Under the pieces are notes generated by a model that was not told the origin of the DNA, made no database searches, and was given only the letters and a program-made list of their open reading frames with translations. Shown in pieces: positions 59,904 to 64,000 of a stretch of 64,000 bases of DNA. Positions within the stretch are counted from its first letter, which is position 1. The number at the start of each line of letters is the position of its first letter. The translations under genes and the position numbers were made by a program. Source of the stretch: an uncultured Acidimicrobiaceae bacterium (GTDB lineage Bacteria; Actinomycetota; Acidimicrobiia; Acidimicrobiales; RAAP-2); the NCBI GenBank assembly GCA_963836375.1, contig CAWIJK010000004.1, forward strand, positions 923,303 to 987,302, read 5' to 3'.

Positions 59904-60950
59904 TCAGGGGACGGTCTGGAAGGTCATGGTGAACGGGGCGGCGGTCGGGAAGTAGAAGCCGACCACCTTGTTGCCGACCGAGATGAAGGCGTGGGCCGAC
60001 GGGGAGCCCACCTCGACGGTGATGGACCCGGTCACCAAGAAGTCGTGGGACTGGCCGGCGGCCACCACCCCGGCGAAGATCGGCGAGACGTGCTCGGAGT
60101 CGGTGGCCTGCATCCAGCTGGCCGAGCCAACCGGGATCACCCGCACCAAGAAGGCAGAGGCCCGGATGTCGAAGGTGGCCCCGGTCGAGCTGGTGGAGGC
60201 CACGGTGAAGACGGCCGGCTTCGACGCGGGCGCCCCGGCCTTGGCCGGTCCCTTGGCCGCCGGGCCGTGGGTGATACCGAGCGAGGTCAGCCAGCTGGGC
60301 CGCACCTGGTGGATCACCAGGCCGGCCACCCCGGCCAGCACGGCCAGGGCCACCAGGGCGACCACCAGGCGGAGCCACACCGGCGCGCCGGGGCGCCGGG
60401 CCTTTTGGGCGGGCCGGCCGGGCACGGCCGGGGTCACCCCGGTGTCGACCACGGCCAAGGGGACCTGGGCGGTGTTGGAGTGCACGCCCTCGGCCCCGGT
60501 CGCAACCGAGGTGCTCGGGGCGGCGGGGGGGCGGCGGGAGACGGCGATCACCGGCACCGCCCCGGTCTTGGTGCCCCGGGCCGCGCCGGCGGCCACCGGC
60601 GAGCTGGCCACCGGGGCCTGCACGACCACCACCGGCCCCGAGCTGAGCGGGGTGGCCGGCCACAGGTCGATCAACGAGAGGGCGTAGCGGTCGCCGGGGA
60701 GCCCGAGGTAGTCGGCGTAGCGGCGGAGCGTCTGGCAGACGTCGATGCGGTCCGGGATCCGGTCCACCGTCCCGGCCTCGAGCGCCTCGAGCTGGCCGAC
60801 CGGCAGGCCGGTGCGCTCGCTCACCTCCTCGAGGCGGAGCCCCTGACGCGTCCGGGCCCGCCGGAGGTTCCGTCCGAGCTCGGGGACCGAGGTGGGCAGC
60901 CTTCCAGCGTCACCGCGACGGGAACCCGCGCCATCACGATGCAGGATCAC
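59904..60950 (-). CDS. RodZ-like protein: XRE-type HTH, TM helix, C-terminal DUF4115-like domain
   Basis: LGRNLRRARTRQGLRLEEVSERTGLPVGQLEALEAG (HTH), VWLRLVVALVALAVLAGVAGLVI (TM), and a C-terminal beta domain ...WMQATDS....IFAGVV.AGQS..F......TVEVGSPSA. GTG 60950 follows GGAGGGAAGGGGAAG. Confidence 0.7.
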   Translation of the reverse strand: MILHRDGAGSRRGDAGRLPTSVPELGRNLRRARTRQGLRLEEVSERTGLPVGQLEALEAGTVDRIPDRIDVCQTLRRYADYLGLPGDRYALSLIDLWPATPLSSGPVVVVQAPVASSPVAAGAARGTKTGAVPVIAVSRRPPAAPSTSVATGAEGVHSNTAQVPLAVVDTGVTPAVPGRPAQKARRPGAPVWLRLVVALVALAVLAGVAGLVIHQVRPSWLTSLGITHGPAAKGPAKAGAPASKPAVFTVASTSSTGATFDIRASAFLVRVIPVGSASWMQATDSEHVSPIFAGVVAAGQSHDFLVTGSITVEVGSPSAHAFISVGNKVVGFYFPTAAPFTMTFQTVP

Positions 60951-61026
60951 CTTCCCCTTCCCTCCATGCCTGTCGAGGTGCCGAGCGTACCGCCCCGGGC
61001 CCCCTGCGGCGGGGCGCACGGGCCAA

Positions 61027-61044
61027 AGAGCCTTGTAAGGCTCT
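61027..61044. promoter_or_regulatory. Palindrome AGAGCCTT-gt-AAGGCTCT in the divergent rodZ-like/dipZ-like spacer
   Basis: Perfect 8-bp arms with a 2-nt spacer, followed by a second CTTGTAAG direct copy. Function is unknown. Confidence 0.25.
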
Positions 61045-61194
61045 TGTAAGCGCCCTGCGGGGACAGGCCGCCGGGGCGGGTCCAGACTGGCCGCACGCCG
61101 GGGACCCCGACCGCGACCCTCCCTCGCAGCCCGGCGCAGAGACGATGGCCCCGGACCCCCACCCCACCCTCCGACGCCCACCGAGCGTGCGGCG

Positions 61195-62886
61195 ATGATC
61201 ACCCTGCTCGGCATCGGGTTCGTGGGCGGCCTGATCACGGGGATCTCGCCGTGCATCGTGCCGGTGCTCCCGGTCATCGTGGCCGGCGGCGCGGCCGAGG
61301 CCACGACGGCGAGCCGGTGGCGCCCCTACGCCATCATCGGCGGCCTGGTGGCCAGCTTTACCGTCTTCACCCTCCTCGGGGGCTCCCTGCTGAGCTTCCT
61401 CGGCCTCCCCCAGGACCTGCTGCGCAACCTGGGCATCGTGGTGCTGGCCCTCCTCGGGCTCGGCCTGCTCGTGCCCCTGGTGGGGCACTGGCTGGAGGTC
61501 CCCTTCGCCCGCCTGGGGGCGCGCGGCCAGTCCGGCTCGGGGAGCGGCCTGGTCCTCGGGGTCAGCCTCGGGCTGGTCTTCGTCCCGTGCGCCGGACCGG
61601 TCCTGGCCGCCATCGCCGTCGTCTCGGCCACCCACCGGGTGGGGCTGACCACGCTCGCCCTCACCGCGGCCTACGCCCTGGGGGCGGCCCTCCCCCTCTT
61701 GGTCCTGGCCCTGGTGGCCCAGCGCACGACGAAGGGCTGGCAGGCCCTGCGGACCCACATGCCCACGGTGCGCCGGGTCGCCGGCGCGGTCCTGGTGGTG
61801 ACCGCGGTGGCCATCACCTTCAACTGGACCCGGCCCCTGCAGACCTCGGTGCCCGGCTACACGAGCGCCCTCGAGGACCACGTCGAGGGGACCGCCGCGG
61901 CCAGCCGTCAGCTCGACGCGCTGACCGGGGAGCGGGCCAACACCTTCGCCGCCGGCCAGAGCGTCGCCGCCGGGGCCCTGCCGATGCTGGGCCGGGCGCC
62001 CGACTTCGCCGGCATCACCCAGTGGCTCAACACGCCCGGCGACCGGCCGCTCACGCTGGCCTCCCTGCGGGGCAAGGTGGTCCTGGTCGACTTCTGGACC
62101 TACTCGTGCATCAACTGCCAGCGCACGCTCCCCCACGTCGAGGCCTGGTACCGCGCCTACAAGGACCGCGGGCTGGTGGTCGTCGGGGTCCACACCCCCG
62201 AGTTCCCCTTCGAGCACGTGGTGTCCAACGTGCGGGCGGCGGCCGCCCAGTACGGGGTGCACTACCCGATCGCCGTCGACGACAACTACGGGACCTGGGA
62301 CGCCTACAACAACGAGTACTGGCCGGCCGAGTACCTGATCGACCAGAACGGCGAGGTCCGCCACACCGACTTCGGCGAGGGCAACTACGGGCAGACCGAA
62401 CAGGACATCCGGCTCCTGCTCAGCGCCGGCGGGGCCAGGTCGCTCCCGCCGGCGACCGAGGTGGCCGACCGGACGCCGACGGCCGAGCTCACCCCCGAGA
62501 CCTACCTCGGCTTCGAGCGCCAGGACCTCACCTCCTACGTGGGCTCACCGGTCATCGATTCGCGCCCGGCCCGCTACCAGGCGTCCGCGTCGGTGCCGGT
62601 CGACGAGCGCTCGTTCGGGGGGACCTGGACGGTCAACCAGTGGGAGGCGACCGCCGACACCACTGGGTCGACCATCGAGCTCAACTACATGGCCGACGAC
62701 GTGTACCTGGTGCTCGGCGGCCAGGGCACGGTGGGGGTCTCGGTCAACGGCGTCGACCAGCGGACGGTCACCGTCAGCGGTGTCCCGGACCTCTACACCT
62801 TGCTCTCGTCCGCCGACTACTCGTCGGGCCTCTTGCGCCTCACGTTCAGTGCCGGGATCCAGGCCTATGACTTCACCTTCGGCTGA
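61195..62886 (+). CDS. dipZ: DipZ-like fusion: CcdA/DsbD-type transmembrane thiol-disulfide transporter, thioredoxin-like domain and C-terminal beta domain
   Basis: GISPCIVPVLPV and VFVPCAGPVLAA are the CcdA Cys motifs. VVLVDFWTYSCINCQRTLP is the redoxin CxxC. The C-terminal roughly 150 aa resembles the CBM-like domain of mycobacterial DipZ (Rv2874). Confidence 0.8.
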   Translation: MITLLGIGFVGGLITGISPCIVPVLPVIVAGGAAEATTASRWRPYAIIGGLVASFTVFTLLGGSLLSFLGLPQDLLRNLGIVVLALLGLGLLVPLVGHWLEVPFARLGARGQSGSGSGLVLGVSLGLVFVPCAGPVLAAIAVVSATHRVGLTTLALTAAYALGAALPLLVLALVAQRTTKGWQALRTHMPTVRRVAGAVLVVTAVAITFNWTRPLQTSVPGYTSALEDHVEGTAAASRQLDALTGERANTFAAGQSVAAGALPMLGRAPDFAGITQWLNTPGDRPLTLASLRGKVVLVDFWTYSCINCQRTLPHVEAWYRAYKDRGLVVVGVHTPEFPFEHVVSNVRAAAAQYGVHYPIAVDDNYGTWDAYNNEYWPAEYLIDQNGEVRHTDFGEGNYGQTEQDIRLLLSAGGARSLPPATEVADRTPTAELTPETYLGFERQDLTSYVGSPVIDSRPARYQASASVPVDERSFGGTWTVNQWEATADTTGSTIELNYMADDVYLVLGGQGTVGVSVNGVDQRTVTVSGVPDLYTLLSSADYSSGLLRLTFSAGIQAYDFTFG

Positions 62887-62946
62887 GCCGGCGAGACGAG
62901 GCAGCGAGATGGGGCAGCGAGATGAGCCGGCGATGAGGAGCCCCCG

Positions 62947-64000
62947 GTGATCGCCCTGGCCCTGGTGGTCGGGGCCGGGACCGTGGTCGCCGGGGTCGGT
63001 GCCGCCCTTCTCTTGCGCCACTTGCCCACGGTGCGCCTGCAGGTGATCGGCCTGGCCCTGGTGGCCGTCGCCCTCCCGCTGGTCGCCGTGTCGGTGTCCG
63101 GCCTGGTCATGTTCCACATGGGGGCCGATGTGGGCGTCCTCGCCGTCTCGGCCGCCGCCGCCACCGGCGCGCTGGTCGGGGCCCTCCTGGTCGAGCGCAA
63201 CCTGGTCCGGCGCCTCGAGCGGGTCCGGGCGGCGTCGGCCGCGCTGGCCGCCGGCGAGCTCACCGCCCGGGCACCGACCGGCGGGCCCGCCGAGCTGGCC
63301 CAGCTGGCGGCGTCGTTCAACGCCATGGCCGCGAACCTCCAGGAGCTCTTCGACGCCCGGCGCGAACTGCTGGCCTGGGCCAGCCACGACCTGCGGGCGC
63401 CGGTGACCTCGCTCCAGGCGATGCTCGAGGCCATCGAGGACGGGGTGGTCGAGCCCGACCGGTACCTCGGCGCCCTCGGGGGGCAGGTCCGGTTGCTCGG
63501 GGCCCTGGTCGACGACCTCTTCGCGCTGGCCCGGATCGACGCCGGGGTGCTGGCGGTGACGACCGAGCCGGTCGACCTCGGGGCCCTCGTCTCCCGGGTC
63601 GTCGAGCGCCACGAGGCGGAGGGGGCCGCCCGCGGCCTGGTGGTCGAGCTGGCGGTGCGGGACCTCGACACGGTGGCCCGTTGCGACCCGGCCAAGCTCG
63701 AGCGGGTGCTCGACAACCTCCTGGCCAACGCGCTGCGCTACACGCCGGCGCCCGGACGGGTGGTCGCCTCGGTGACCGCCGGGGCCGGCGCGGTGCTGGT
63801 GAGCGTGGAGGACACCGGGGTGGGGATCGCCGAAGAGGTGCTCGACCGGGTCTTCGAGCCGTTCTGGCGGGCCGAGCCGGCCCGGACCCCGGCCGACGGG
63901 GGGGCGGGGCTGGGGCTGGCCATCGCCCGCGGCCTGACCGAGGCCCAGGGGGGGCGCTTGTGGGTCGAGCGGCCCCCCGGCGGGGGGACCAGGATGTGCC
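62947..64000 (+). CDS. Sensor histidine kinase (2 TM, HAMP, HisKA, HATPase_c), 3' end outside window
   Basis: My translation from GTG 62947 (GAGGAG RBS) is VIALALVVGAGTVVAG...HAMP...LLAWASHDLRAPVTSL (H-box)...LDNLLANALRYTP (N-box)...VEDTGVGI...FEPFWR...GGAGLGLAIARG (G-boxes). The frame is open to the window end. It is not in the supplied ORF list because no stop is reached. Confidence 0.88.
   Translation, partial: MIALALVVGAGTVVAGVGAALLLRHLPTVRLQVIGLALVAVALPLVAVSVSGLVMFHMGADVGVLAVSAAAATGALVGALLVERNLVRRLERVRAASAALAAGELTARAPTGGPAELAQLAASFNAMAANLQELFDARRELLAWASHDLRAPVTSLQAMLEAIEDGVVEPDRYLGALGGQVRLLGALVDDLFALARIDAGVLAVTTEPVDLGALVSRVVERHEAEGAARGLVVELAVRDLDTVARCDPAKLERVLDNLLANALRYTPAPGRVVASVTAGAGAVLVSVEDTGVGIAEEVLDRVFEPFWRAEPARTPADGGAGLGLAIARGLTEAQGGRLWVERPPGGGTRMC

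Overview
Very GC-rich actinobacterial (Actinomycetota-type) chromosome segment spanning the replication origin. The right half holds the conserved ori neighbourhood. On the minus strand: parB-parA, a 660-bp spacer, then rsmG-jag-yidC-yidD-rnpA-rpmH. On the plus strand: dnaA-[oriC]-dnaN-recF-dciA-like-gyrB-gyrA. To the left lie cca, an Rv3909-like protein, murJ, degV, trxB, trxA and cwlM, which is Mycobacterium-like synteny. Further left are padR-ino1, panB and the rpsF-ssb-rpsR-rplI-dnaB operon. The left third (about 8-25 kb, starting at a tRNA-Gly) is accessory-like. It encodes a methyltransferase, a 1160-aa adenylate cyclase/STAND/TPR protein, a secreted IPT/TIG protein, several F420/flavin split-barrel enzymes, an orphan response regulator, Bcp, an SDR and a Tat-lipoprotein hydrolase. 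The window starts with gpmA (partial), amtB-glnK, a membrane Fe-S oxidoreductase and dcd. I saw no CRISPR array, transposase, integrase, rRNA or recognisable defence system, and no convincing novel multi-gene system. The notable observations are listed here. (1) A compact oriC has six CGTCCAC-core DnaA boxes in reverse-complement pairs plus an AT-rich element. (2) Two identical parS-like sites, a (GGGGT)n G-quadruplex-type tract and a 21-bp direct repeat sit in the long parA-rsmG spacer. (3) Three single-base frameshifts interrupt conserved genes (rnpA, rplI, an MFS transporter); two lie in homopolymer runs, so sequence error is the leading explanation. (4) Ribosomal protein S18 carries a roughly 110-aa RGG/(GDR)7 acidic tail. 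(5) DnaA boxes, including a perfect TTATCCACA, lie upstream of dnaB. (6) The CwlM homologue has degenerate amidase motifs. (7) A stretch of yidC has atypical low-GC codon usage. All product calls come from motif recognition by eye. Most other six-frame ORFs are antisense or overlapping artefacts of high GC content.
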